From an uncultured virus (IMG/VR IMGVR_UViG_3300037963_005433) (lineage: Duplodnaviria; Heunggongvirae; Uroviricota; Caudoviricetes), in the IMG/VR virus record IMGVR_UViG_3300037963_005433, positions 1 to 64,000 of that record: a stretch of DNA of 64,000 nt. One strand, given 5' to 3'. The translations under genes were made by a program, and so were the position numbers. Shown piece by piece: positions 10,200 to 18,625 of this stretch. How positions within the stretch are numbered: position 1 is the stretch's first letter; each line of letters begins with the position of its first letter. A model generated the notes under the pieces. The model was not told the origin of the DNA. It did not search any database and worked only from the letters and a program-made list of their open reading frames with translations.

Positions 10200-10397
10200 A
10201 TGCAATATAAACAGCAGCCTCTTGTAGATGACAATGAAATAGTGCAAGACGGTTATGGGGTGACCCAAGGGTTTATATCAAATGCAAACCCACAAGATTT
10301 CTTGGGTCAGTACATCGGGAAAGCAGGCAATACACGACCAGGGGGGATGTTAATCGGTGCAGACAAGTTTGAAAAGTACGTTATGGGGGAAAAATGA
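10200..10397 (+). CDS. Small hypothetical protein
   Basis: GGAGG SD; contains PQDFLGQYI. Confidence 0.65.
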   Translation: MQYKQQPLVDDNEIVQDGYGVTQGFISNANPQDFLGQYIGKAGNTRPGGMLIGADKFEKYVMGEK

Positions 10398-10516
10398 ATT
10401 TACCTGAAAGCATCAAAAAACTACCAGCCCAGCTGAAGAAAAGCAGCAAACTCCATAGTGAGCAAGCTGAAACAGTACAAAAATTCTTAGACGACTACAT
10501 CAAAAATAAAAAATGA
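10394..10516 (+). CDS. 40-aa basic protein MNLPESIKKLPAQ... (not in ORF track)
   Basis: ATGA overlaps with the neighbours on both sides. Confidence 0.6.
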   Translation: MNLPESIKKLPAQLKKSSKLHSEQAETVQKFLDDYIKNKK

Positions 10517-10689
10517 TTACACCGGTTTTGCTTGCATGGTCACTTAGTTGCTCTCAATATCACGGGGCAATTAAACGACTGTACGCAGACCCATTTTTTG
10601 CAAAGCCTGAGAATCGAGAAGAAAGACTTGACTTACACTATTTCTTTAAGAGTAAAACCTGGCCTGAGTGCCTAGAGCTAGAGGTTTGA
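10513..10689 (+). CDS. 58-aa protein MITPVLLAWSLSCSQY... (not in ORF track)
   Basis: ATGA coupling; hydrophobic N-terminus and two Cys. Confidence 0.55.
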   Translation: MITPVLLAWSLSCSQYHGAIKRLYADPFFAKPENREERLDLHYFFKSKTWPECLELEV

Positions 10690-10690
10690 A

Positions 10691-10900
10691 ATGGCAGACA
10701 AAGCAATTCAAAAAGACGGTTCTACTAAACGCTACCTGCCTGAAAAGGCATGGGCGTCTTTATCCAAAAAAGAAAGAGAGGAAACCGATGCCAAAAAACG
10801 AGCCGGAAGCCGAAAGGGGAAACAGTTCGTTTCCAATACAGAAAAAGCAAAGAAAGCAGGGCGTGCAGCCCGCCGCTACAAAGATCAAAAGAAAAAGTAA
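10691..10900 (+). CDS. Basic protein, C-terminal half of a DUF5872-like protein
   Basis: KRYLPEKAWASLS..ETDAKKRAGSRKGKQFVSNT; GAGG SD. Confidence 0.75.
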   Translation: MADKAIQKDGSTKRYLPEKAWASLSKKEREETDAKKRAGSRKGKQFVSNTEKAKKAGRAARRYKDQKKK

Positions 10901-11036
10901 AAAACTTGTAAAAAAAGCCATCAAGAATGCACATCTTTATAGCCGTGCTGAAATTCTCTACTTCAAGATGTGGCTTGAATTAAAGAAGCAGGCGAAGACT
11001 GCTAAGATCAATAAAGATAAATAGGAAAATAGTTGG

Positions 11037-13385
11037 ATGGCTGTAGACGCGAAAGCCAGACTCAAAGAAATTATTGATTCCTATCTCGATAAGGATGGGG
11101 GTTCCCATATCGATACGGGTATCGTTGCGTCTCACCTAGCCCAGATGAAACTGTTCGGCATCCGACAGGGCGTCGAATTTTTTCCTGCGCAAGACAACTT
11201 TGGAAGTCAGCGCAAAGATTTTGTTGACCGTGTAATCAAATATAACCAGCTGGATACACGCCTGGATTCTGTCTGGGATTACTTCTTGTGTGATGGACAA
11301 GGGATGTTTTACATCCGTCCTACACAAAACAACTACCGTCTTTATTATTTCCGCCGTCACGAATATCGAAGTTTCTACAACATTGACGGTGAGCTAGATG
11401 AAGTGGTCATCATCTACAGCTATAAAGTCCGCCAAGGACTTGGTTACCAGCAGGATATTGAGTCTGACACGATTTCTGGTCCAGCAGGTATGGGTCGTGG
11501 TGGCGTCAAGCGTTATATTCGTCTGTCTATTAAACGTAAAACCATCGAGGAAACACACTCAGAAGGTGAAATTTCATTCGATACTAATTACCAAGCCATA
11601 CAAGGCAAGACTAAAACATTTAAAAATTCACTTGGATTCATTCCTTGCGTTGAAATTTTTAACAACGCTAAAGGATTTTCTGCAGAAGGTGTCGGTGAAT
11701 TTGATGCGTTAGCAAACCATATTTGTACGCATGATGACATGATCCGCACAATGCGGAAGAACGTAACCTTCTTTGGGAATCCTACGCTACTTTCTTCAAG
11801 GCCAAAAACTGATTTAATGGAATCAGGTGGAGATGCTGTTGTCCAGCGTCCATCTATTGCAGCTAGTTCAGGTTTTTCTGGCCCCGGTGCTTTAAGCCAA
11901 TCTCGGTTTAAATCAGATCCCGTATCCCGTGGAGTAGATGGTCAGATCCGAGTACCGCGAGTAATCGCAAACTTGGAGCCGAATGACCGTGTTGGCTATA
12001 TCGTTCCTGACGCGATTACCGGTGACCAAAACTCTTTTGCTCGACAGTATAGGGAAGAAATTCGTACTGCTCTTGGCGGTGTGGATGAGCTGTCGATTTC
12101 TGCTGGTGTTACTGCAACTGAGTACAAATCCCTATTTGGGCGCGTCGCCGCGACATCCAAGAAAAAGAGCAGTTCAATTTACACGTACGGAATCTGTCGT
12201 TGCCTTGAACTAATTATTTTCCAGGAAGAAAAGTTATTCCGTGAAAGTCTTGCTGCTGCTGCAGGCTTAGAAAAACCTCTTGAATTACCTGAGACGGCAG
12301 GTGCAGAAGATATTGCTGCCTATGAAGAGGCAATGGAGATGTTTGAAGAGCAAGTCAAACAGTTAATGATGGCTTGTCTTGAAACACAACAAATTCCTCC
12401 AGGTGTTTTTGGTTTAATTCCTGATGGCGATGTCACCATTCAATGGCGTTGGATGGGTCCTGTCTACGAAGATTCAACCCAAGATGTATTAAATAACTCC
12501 ATTGTTGTACGAAATCTGCAAGAATTAGGTGTTGATAGCATTGAGGCACTGAAATACCTCTTCCCCTCAAAAACGGATGAGGAAAGGGCCGCGATGCTAT
12601 CGGGGTTCCCATTCAGAATGGTGAACGAATTGCAGGGTGCTTACTCTCAATTTGCCCGCCTTGTGGGGGGAATGATGCAGACCCCTCACCCGCAATCACC
12701 GGATTTACCGATGGCTGCGGATCCCCGATTGGATTTAACCCCATATCTGTATCGCACCTTAGAAGCCTTACAAAAGGAGATGAGTTATGCAGGACGCTAC
12801 CGTCCAATCGACCCCACAGACGAGCCAAGTACCGTCAGCCGTCGCTCCGAGCAGCTACGTGGCGGCAGCACCGGCGGCAGCTCCGGCACCGGCAGCGGCT
12901 CCAGTGGCTTATCAGGTGGGTACGAGCTACCCCCAAGCGGTACCTCAGGCAGCCCCCAGCTACCAATCAGCCCCTACGCAATCCGTCCCCCAATCCCAAC
13001 CGGAGACGCAGAACAGCCCCTGGGAATCGGCGTTCAACAAAGTGGTGGGTCTGCTGAGTCAACCAGTCCAATCCCCGTTCCAGGCTCAACCGTCTCAAGC
13101 GCCGACAGCATTTACCCCGGCGAACTACGGACAACAGAGCGCCCCGGCTACGCAACAATCGGCTCCGCTGACTTGGTCTCCCAGCCAGGAATCCTCTCCC
13201 AACTCTTCCCAAACCTCCTCGAATCTCTCCTTGGAGCAGGTGGCGGACCTGGTGGGGATGAGCGCAGACAGCCGTCAGGTGATGGACGCGTTCGGGATCG
13301 AGGCTCCCGCTCTTCTGAACAACTACGCCGTCCAACTCGAAGGGATGGTGGACGAGGCCGTTCAGTGGGGAAACAAGGCCGCTGA
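11037..13385 (+). CDS. Portal protein with long C-terminal extension overlapping the scaffold gene
   Basis: Position between TerL and scaffold/capsid; LGFIPCVEIFNN and I.W.W.GP motifs typical of portals. Confidence 0.8.
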   Translation: MAVDAKARLKEIIDSYLDKDGGSHIDTGIVASHLAQMKLFGIRQGVEFFPAQDNFGSQRKDFVDRVIKYNQLDTRLDSVWDYFLCDGQGMFYIRPTQNNYRLYYFRRHEYRSFYNIDGELDEVVIIYSYKVRQGLGYQQDIESDTISGPAGMGRGGVKRYIRLSIKRKTIEETHSEGEISFDTNYQAIQGKTKTFKNSLGFIPCVEIFNNAKGFSAEGVGEFDALANHICTHDDMIRTMRKNVTFFGNPTLLSSRPKTDLMESGGDAVVQRPSIAASSGFSGPGALSQSRFKSDPVSRGVDGQIRVPRVIANLEPNDRVGYIVPDAITGDQNSFARQYREEIRTALGGVDELSISAGVTATEYKSLFGRVAATSKKKSSSIYTYGICRCLELIIFQEEKLFRESLAAAAGLEKPLELPETAGAEDIAAYEEAMEMFEEQVKQLMMACLETQQIPPGVFGLIPDGDVTIQWRWMGPVYEDSTQDVLNNSIVVRNLQELGVDSIEALKYLFPSKTDEERAAMLSGFPFRMVNELQGAYSQFARLVGGMMQTPHPQSPDLPMAADPRLDLTPYLYRTLEALQKEMSYAGRYRPIDPTDEPSTVSRRSEQLRGGSTGGSSGTGSGSSGLSGGYELPPSGTSGSPQLPISPYAIRPPIPTGDAEQPLGIGVQQSGGSAESTSPIPVPGSTVSSADSIYPGELRTTERPGYATIGSADLVSQPGILSQLFPNLLESLLGAGGGPGGDERRQPSGDGRVRDRGSRSSEQLRRPTRRDGGRGRSVGKQGR

Positions 13386-13761
13386 AACCATCAAAGGTTA
13401 CGCCGACTTCGCCGTCAACGAGCACCAGGAGAACCTCGCCTATAACGAGATTCTGACCAACCCTGATGTTCTCAGCGATTACACCCTGAAGTTCTTCGGC
13501 CCTGAAGGTCCGTACCCTGTGTACGAGAACGAAGGTCAGTTGGAAACCCAAGGTTATCCAACCGCCCCCGTTGAGCAGAATGCAATGGCCCAAATCGGCC
13601 AGCAGATGCCTGCTCCCCCTCAGGCAGCAGCTCCCCAAGCCCCTGAAAACTTCTGGGGTTCTTTCAGCGAGCAAATGGCCCGTGATCCCCAGAACGCCTG
13701 GCGGACTCTGAACCAGGCTCAGCCTCAAACTGTTGCAAACAAACTGTTTGTAATGGAGTGA
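12787..13761 (+). CDS. Putative capsid scaffolding protein
   Basis: AAGGAG SD before ATG 12787; P/Q/A-rich; directly upstream of the major capsid gene. Confidence 0.75.
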   Translation: MQDATVQSTPQTSQVPSAVAPSSYVAAAPAAAPAPAAAPVAYQVGTSYPQAVPQAAPSYQSAPTQSVPQSQPETQNSPWESAFNKVVGLLSQPVQSPFQAQPSQAPTAFTPANYGQQSAPATQQSAPLTWSPSQESSPNSSQTSSNLSLEQVADLVGMSADSRQVMDAFGIEAPALLNNYAVQLEGMVDEAVQWGNKAAETIKGYADFAVNEHQENLAYNEILTNPDVLSDYTLKFFGPEGPYPVYENEGQLETQGYPTAPVEQNAMAQIGQQMPAPPQAAAPQAPENFWGSFSEQMARDPQNAWRTLNQAQPQTVANKLFVME

Positions 13762-13766
13762 TAGTT

Positions 13767-13794
13767 AGCCGGTAATTTTCTTAAATTATCGGCT
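13767..13794 (+). other. Stem-loop after the scaffold gene
   Basis: AGCCGGTAATTT-tctt-AAATTATCGGCT, 12 bp with one G-U pair. Confidence 0.6.
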
Positions 13795-13796
13795 GC

Positions 13797-13832
13797 TAAA
13801 ATTTGTGTTAGATAAGACATATCAATATGTCT
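13797..13832 (+). promoter_or_regulatory. -10 box and palindrome upstream of the major capsid gene
   Basis: TAAAAT at 13797-13802; AGACATAT-ca-ATATGTCT at 13815-13832. Confidence 0.55.
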
Positions 13833-13882
13833 GAATCTTTCATCCGCTAAACATTCCCTGCGACACTGGAGGATAAACTAAA

Positions 13883-15046
13883 GTGTTCATTGATAACGAC
13901 TTTCCAAAGATTCTTGGTGCGGAGCTGTATCGCCCCCACCCTGCTTACATCGCGGAAATGGCGGTTGAGCCCGTGGTCGTCCACGACTTCACCCGTCAGC
14001 CCGGTCAGACCGTTCAGTTAGACCGCTACAAGTTCTGGGGTACTCCTGGTACCAAGGACAGCCGTGAGCGCATTGCTGACCAGACCATTGGCACCGCCAA
14101 CAGCCGCAACATCACCAAGGAGAAGGTGCTTGTTGTGCTTAAGGAGTACACCGGTCCTGCGGACCCGGGTGATGCAACCCAGCCCAGCACCTTCAAGATT
14201 GCTCGTGAAACCCTGGTGACCGCTCAGCGTCTCCTGCTGGATTCCGGCAACCTGAACATGTTCCACCAGAGCATCGGTTCTCTGACCCTGCTCGACGACT
14301 ATCGCCGTTGGCGTGACCGCGTCTTCATTGACGAACTGTCCAAAGCTGAAGCAAACGGTGCCGCCTCTACTTCTCAGGGTGGTTACTACTTCGCTGGTGG
14401 CAAGACCAAGGATTCCTCCGGTCGCGTTTCCTACACCGCCGATGAGTACGGCACCCAGACCCAGCAGTTCTCTGTCAAGACTGACCTGCTGACTGTTGTT
14501 AAGGACCTCCGTAAGCGTAACGTTCCTACTTACGCTGATGGCCTGTATCGCGCCATCGTGGATCCCACCTTCATGATGCACCTGCGTCGTGACAGTGACT
14601 TCCGCGAGATCGCCCGTTACGCTGGCAATCCTGGTCAAGGCATGTACATGGGCAACCCCATGATGCCTAACAACTCCAGCTTCTACATGGGTCCTCAGGC
14701 TGGTCAGGCCTACTTCCTGGCTGGTGAGCCTGTGATGCCTACTGGCGTCCAGTTTGAAGGTGTGAAGTTCTTCGAGTCCACCAACTTCCCGACCAAGAAC
14801 GTCACCTCTTCTTTCGATGGTGGTAGCAACTACTCTTCCAGAGAAGTCGCCCAAGGTTACTTCTTCGGTCCTCAGTCCATCGGTGTTGGTATCGGCGGCC
14901 CGAACGCTCAGGTGCTGATCAACAACAACGATGACTTCAGCCGCTTCATCATCCTCATCTGGCAACTGTACGCTGGCTTCGAGATCCTGAACAAGGACTT
15001 CGTGACCACTGGCTTCAGCTTCGTCGAGGACGACGGCTCTATCTGA
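13883..15046 (+). CDS. Major capsid protein
   Basis: GGAGG SD; strong C/T third-position bias; DFTRQPGQTVQL and G.QFEGVKFFES fit an HK97-fold capsid protein; position after the scaffold. Confidence 0.85.
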   Translation: MFIDNDFPKILGAELYRPHPAYIAEMAVEPVVVHDFTRQPGQTVQLDRYKFWGTPGTKDSRERIADQTIGTANSRNITKEKVLVVLKEYTGPADPGDATQPSTFKIARETLVTAQRLLLDSGNLNMFHQSIGSLTLLDDYRRWRDRVFIDELSKAEANGAASTSQGGYYFAGGKTKDSSGRVSYTADEYGTQTQQFSVKTDLLTVVKDLRKRNVPTYADGLYRAIVDPTFMMHLRRDSDFREIARYAGNPGQGMYMGNPMMPNNSSFYMGPQAGQAYFLAGEPVMPTGVQFEGVKFFESTNFPTKNVTSSFDGGSNYSSREVAQGYFFGPQSIGVGIGGPNAQVLINNNDDFSRFIILIWQLYAGFEILNKDFVTTGFSFVEDDGSI

Positions 15047-15081
15047 TCCTTATAAATAGATAACTCATCTAGGAGAAATAA

Positions 15082-15882
15082 ATGTCTTATTTGTCGGCTA
15101 AGAAAATCTACCCAGGTAACTGGGCAGAACCCCTGAACGGTTGGTACAAAAACATTGATACCAACGACAGCGGTAGCAACGACAAAACCAAGGGCGGCCC
15201 CACTTCGGTGCTGGCCGTTCCTGGTTATCGTTACTTCCAACAACGCGGTTATGTGGCAGTTCCTTCTGCCTCCGGCACCGCCGTTACCGCTACCGGCGAC
15301 GTGATCGTTCCTTCCCCCTATCGGAATGACGACACCCGCACCGATATCACCGGCATGGTGATTTCTGGCAGCAGCACCATCCCTGCTTACGTTTATCGCG
15401 CCACCGTTTCTGTGGCTTCTGGCTGGGGTGATGGCCGCGTTGCTTCTGGCGTCTACGCCGCTACCGGCAACGTGATTTCCTTCTGCCGTGACAGCAGCGG
15501 CCCTGTGTCCGCTAATGGCGCTGGTGAAGGTGTTGCTCAGGCCAACCTGACCTCCACCGCTGCTGGTGTCCGTGCCGGTGAAATCTACTTCGCTGGTGCC
15601 TCCGCTGCTTACAGCTCTCAGCCCTTCCCCACCGCTACCGGTGCTGCTGGTCTTGCTACCGGTGTGATCCACAAGCAGATCACCGCTGCTACCACCTTCA
15701 AGGTGTTTGCTCGCGCCACCGTGACTGGTACCTCCACCTCCGGCGGTTTCTACATCTCCGATGCAGATGCTGATGCAAACCGTAAGGGCTACCTGGTGAC
15801 TGAAGTCTGCTACCTGCAGCCTGATGAAGCACCTGGCTACGAGGATATTGAAGCTTATATCCCCGCCCGCACTGTTAGCTGA
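15082..15882 (+). CDS. Putative capsid decoration/minor structural protein
   Basis: AGGAG SD; same codon bias as the capsid gene; A/G/T/S-rich beta protein. Confidence 0.65.
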   Translation: MSYLSAKKIYPGNWAEPLNGWYKNIDTNDSGSNDKTKGGPTSVLAVPGYRYFQQRGYVAVPSASGTAVTATGDVIVPSPYRNDDTRTDITGMVISGSSTIPAYVYRATVSVASGWGDGRVASGVYAATGNVISFCRDSSGPVSANGAGEGVAQANLTSTAAGVRAGEIYFAGASAAYSSQPFPTATGAAGLATGVIHKQITAATTFKVFARATVTGTSTSGGFYISDADADANRKGYLVTEVCYLQPDEAPGYEDIEAYIPARTVS

Positions 15883-15920
15883 TTGAGGTAAACTAGGACC
15901 AGAAATAAAATCTGGTCCTT

Positions 15921-16331
15921 ATGCTTTATCAGCACAAAAAGACGGGAACTCGTGTAAAGATTGTCAGTGAGTTTGATAATGGCGATTGGTTCATGGTCCA
16001 AGACCAAGACGATCGCATTTTCACCGCTTACAAAAGCGAGTTAACACCTGACGAGCCCGCTACCAAAAAGGTAAAAACTCTTCAGGTAAAAGATAAAGCA
16101 GCAAAGGAAGAACCCCGTAACTTCCCGCCTGATACTCGCCTCAATATTAACGGGGCGACTGCACAGATGATCGCAGATCATATTAAGGGCATCGGCCTTA
16201 AAACAGCCAGGGAGATCAAAGATCTCCAGATGTCCTTATCGGGTGAAAGATTCAATAATCTCGAACAACTAAAGCAAATCAAGCGTGTTGATTGGGATTC
16301 TGTTATTGCTGCTGATTTGATTAGAGTGTAA
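15921..16331 (+). CDS. Helix-hairpin-helix (ComEA-like) DNA-binding protein
   Basis: LNINGAT..IKGIGLKTAREI..FNNLEQLKQI. Confidence 0.8.
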   Translation: MLYQHKKTGTRVKIVSEFDNGDWFMVQDQDDRIFTAYKSELTPDEPATKKVKTLQVKDKAAKEEPRNFPPDTRLNINGATAQMIADHIKGIGLKTAREIKDLQMSLSGERFNNLEQLKQIKRVDWDSVIAADLIRV

Positions 16332-16339
16332 GGCTTCTT

Positions 16340-16361
16340 CCCCGGGCAACCGGGGTTTTTT
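16340..16361 (+). terminator. Rho-independent terminator
   Basis: CCCCGG-GCAA-CCGGGG-TTTTTT. Confidence 0.9.
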
Positions 16362-16405
16362 ATTGATTACATCAATTTATAATTGAATGACGCGGAGGCT
16401 TTGTA

Positions 16406-16867
16406 GTGCAGCTATCTGACTTTGATAAAAGTAGGGTCAGGTATCACCTGGGCTACTTTACAACTTCTGTCCCAGCGGGTGATTATGCCCGTTTGGAAGA
16501 AGCTATGAATACCATTCCGGATTCATTCTTCTACGACAAAATTACCATTCAGATTGGCCGCTGCGACACTGCAGAAAAGAAAACTGAAGTCGCTGATTCC
16601 CCTTCTACCAGAATTGAAACGATCCTGGGCGACGTGGATCGTACGATTAAGTCCAGCAATGCCAAGGAGGCGTTGAAGGTATGGGATGAGATTTACCTGT
16701 ACGAAACAAATCGTTTAGCAGGTATTCTTTACGTTCCTAATTACAAAGATCCTTTCCAGGCACGTTATCGCTACGAACGTTCTGGTGCGGAGTTTATTCA
16801 AGCATTACCTGGCCCAGCAGACACTGCTGTTGGTTCCAGGATTTATTTAAATGAGGTGTGGAGATAA
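16406..16867 (+). CDS. Putative head completion/adaptor protein
   Basis: GGAGG SD; L...DK.RVRYHLGY start; position after the capsid genes. Confidence 0.55.
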   Translation: MQLSDFDKSRVRYHLGYFTTSVPAGDYARLEEAMNTIPDSFFYDKITIQIGRCDTAEKKTEVADSPSTRIETILGDVDRTIKSSNAKEALKVWDEIYLYETNRLAGILYVPNYKDPFQARYRYERSGAEFIQALPGPADTAVGSRIYLNEVWR

Positions 16868-17541
16868 TGGCACAAATAGGTCAGTTATCGCCCACAGATC
16901 GGGCTGCTTTTTTACAAACCTCTAAAAACTTAGGTCTAAGCCCTTATGAATTTGGAGGTCTAGTCCAGTTGGAATCTAGGTTTCAACCAAACATCATAGG
17001 AGGAGCAGGAGATAATTATCGGGGCTTGATTCAGTTTGGTCCTGGAGCTAGGCAGGAAGTAGGGCTTCCTTCCAAGGACATGACTATTGCTGAGCAACTT
17101 CCGTATGTTGAACGTTATTTTCAACAACGGGGCTACCAACCAGGCATGGGAATTCAAAAAGCATATGCAACTGTTTTAGGCGGTAATCCGGACGCAAACA
17201 TCCATTACAAGGATGCGTTTGGAACCAGTGTTGCAAGTGCTGTTCCTCGGATGCAAGAAGGCGGAGATCTTTATAAAACAGCGCAACAAGTCTTAGGACC
17301 ATTAGAAGCCCAAAACTATGGAGGAGCAAGTGCTGCCGCTGGCGGCCTTGACATGAAAAGTGATGAAAGACAATCTAAGCCTGTTCGATCCTCTGTTGCT
17401 AGGGCTCTTCTTGGTCAATCTCTTGGTTTGGAAACTAAGCCGGAACTTACTAAGAAAAATTCGTTAGCAAACTCCTTACGGGACTCTGTACTTCAGTCAG
17501 TTCTTTCTAACGCCATGAATCCGTTTGGAGGAATGCTCTGA
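16867..17541 (+). CDS. Lytic transglycosylase/lysozyme-like virion protein
   Basis: QLESRFQP (catalytic Glu) and YRGLIQF motifs; TAATG coupling. Confidence 0.75.
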   Translation: MAQIGQLSPTDRAAFLQTSKNLGLSPYEFGGLVQLESRFQPNIIGGAGDNYRGLIQFGPGARQEVGLPSKDMTIAEQLPYVERYFQQRGYQPGMGIQKAYATVLGGNPDANIHYKDAFGTSVASAVPRMQEGGDLYKTAQQVLGPLEAQNYGGASAAAGGLDMKSDERQSKPVRSSVARALLGQSLGLETKPELTKKNSLANSLRDSVLQSVLSNAMNPFGGML

Positions 17542-17810
17542 TGTCTAAAACTCAAGACTTCTTAAACGAATACATGGAAGAATATATTTCTTCTATTCAA
17601 GGCCCTGGAGAAGCCATTAAAACGCAGATATCCAGTCCTGCCAGTATGAGTAAGGTTTTTAATTCTGTAAGCGAATTTAAAACCCAAAAAGCACCTAATG
17701 CTTTTGAAGACTTCTTGGTCCTACAAAAAAATCCTGAGGCATTAACGCAAAACATAGTGATGCAAAATTCACCAGGATTTGTTAATGCGATGGCTATGTT
17801 TGGTGGCTAA
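17541..17810 (+). CDS. Hypothetical protein
   Basis: TGATG coupling; GGAGG SD. Confidence 0.65.
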   Translation: MSKTQDFLNEYMEEYISSIQGPGEAIKTQISSPASMSKVFNSVSEFKTQKAPNAFEDFLVLQKNPEALTQNIVMQNSPGFVNAMAMFGG

Positions 17811-17843
17811 CGCTATAATTAGAAAAAAGCAGCATAGTTAGAA

Positions 17844-18623
17844 GTGTCTAGTACCTCCACCAATAAACAGCCGCTTCTTGTTGACCGGCCTTTATTTGAT
17901 TCAGTTCGCGTAACTACACAGACTGTCGGCAGTGCATCTACCAACACGGTATTTGTACAGGGTGGTCAGGCACCGTCCATCCTGGTGGATATGGACGCTG
18001 CTTTAAGCGAAGATAACAATAACGGCGGTGTTGTTGAATCCATCACGATTACGCGCAACGATTATTATCGCGATGCAGACTACGTTGTTTCTAGTGGCAC
18101 ATCTGGCACTGTAGTTTCTGTACAAAGCGGACAGATCGTTCTTTTATTTGATACGGATGTGTTGACCAACGGCACTGCCAGTGGCTTTGGTTATTACACC
18201 TATACCGGAGCCGCAACACTTACCGGTGTAAACACCGCACTTAATTATTCAGGTGGCATTGCTTCAGGATTTACTTACCAAGGCGTTGGTTACGGTTATC
18301 AACCAGAAGTAACCTTTGTGTTCTACCACACCCGTGGAACCACTACACCGATTCCCGCATCCGGTGACTATAAAGTACTCTTCACCAAGCAAGTACCTGC
18401 TAACACGACGTCTGTTAATTGTTCAGATGTTATGCCTGAACTAGCTGTCCCAGTGGTATCAGCAGGTAACACCACTGGTCTGGGAAGCACTGCACCTCTC
18501 CGTAACAAAGGCATTTATTTAGAACGGGGTGATCGTATTTACGTTGGTGTTTTCCCTGACGGTCCCAATCCTTCTGGCTATACCCCTGGTGCTCACATCA
18601 GTGCGCAAGGCGGGTTCTTCTAA
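17844..18623 (+). CDS. Putative structural (tail) protein
   Basis: T/G/S/V-rich beta protein; TATAAT at 17814-17819. Confidence 0.6.
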   Translation: MSSTSTNKQPLLVDRPLFDSVRVTTQTVGSASTNTVFVQGGQAPSILVDMDAALSEDNNNGGVVESITITRNDYYRDADYVVSSGTSGTVVSVQSGQIVLLFDTDVLTNGTASGFGYYTYTGAATLTGVNTALNYSGGIASGFTYQGVGYGYQPEVTFVFYHTRGTTTPIPASGDYKVLFTKQVPANTTSVNCSDVMPELAVPVVSAGNTTGLGSTAPLRNKGIYLERGDRIYVGVFPDGPNPSGYTPGAHISAQGGFF

Positions 18624-18625
18624 AC

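Noticed and set aside
9515..10690. Group I/II intron interrupting the DUF5872-like gene
   Set aside because: The insert is fully occupied by coupled ORFs, no intron core is recognisable, and each half has its own start and stop.
10668..11024. 118-aa ORF overlapping 10691..10900
   Set aside because: The overlapped frame carries the conserved motif and SD; only the last ~40 codons could be a real small gene, and I found no clear start.
12967..13728. 253-aa antisense ORF opposite the scaffold gene
   Set aside because: Shadow frame of a biased, low-complexity gene.
14018..15672. Long antisense ORFs (315 and 254 aa) opposite the capsid and decoration genes
   Set aside because: Expected shadow of the strong codon bias in highly expressed genes; no SD or recognisable motifs.
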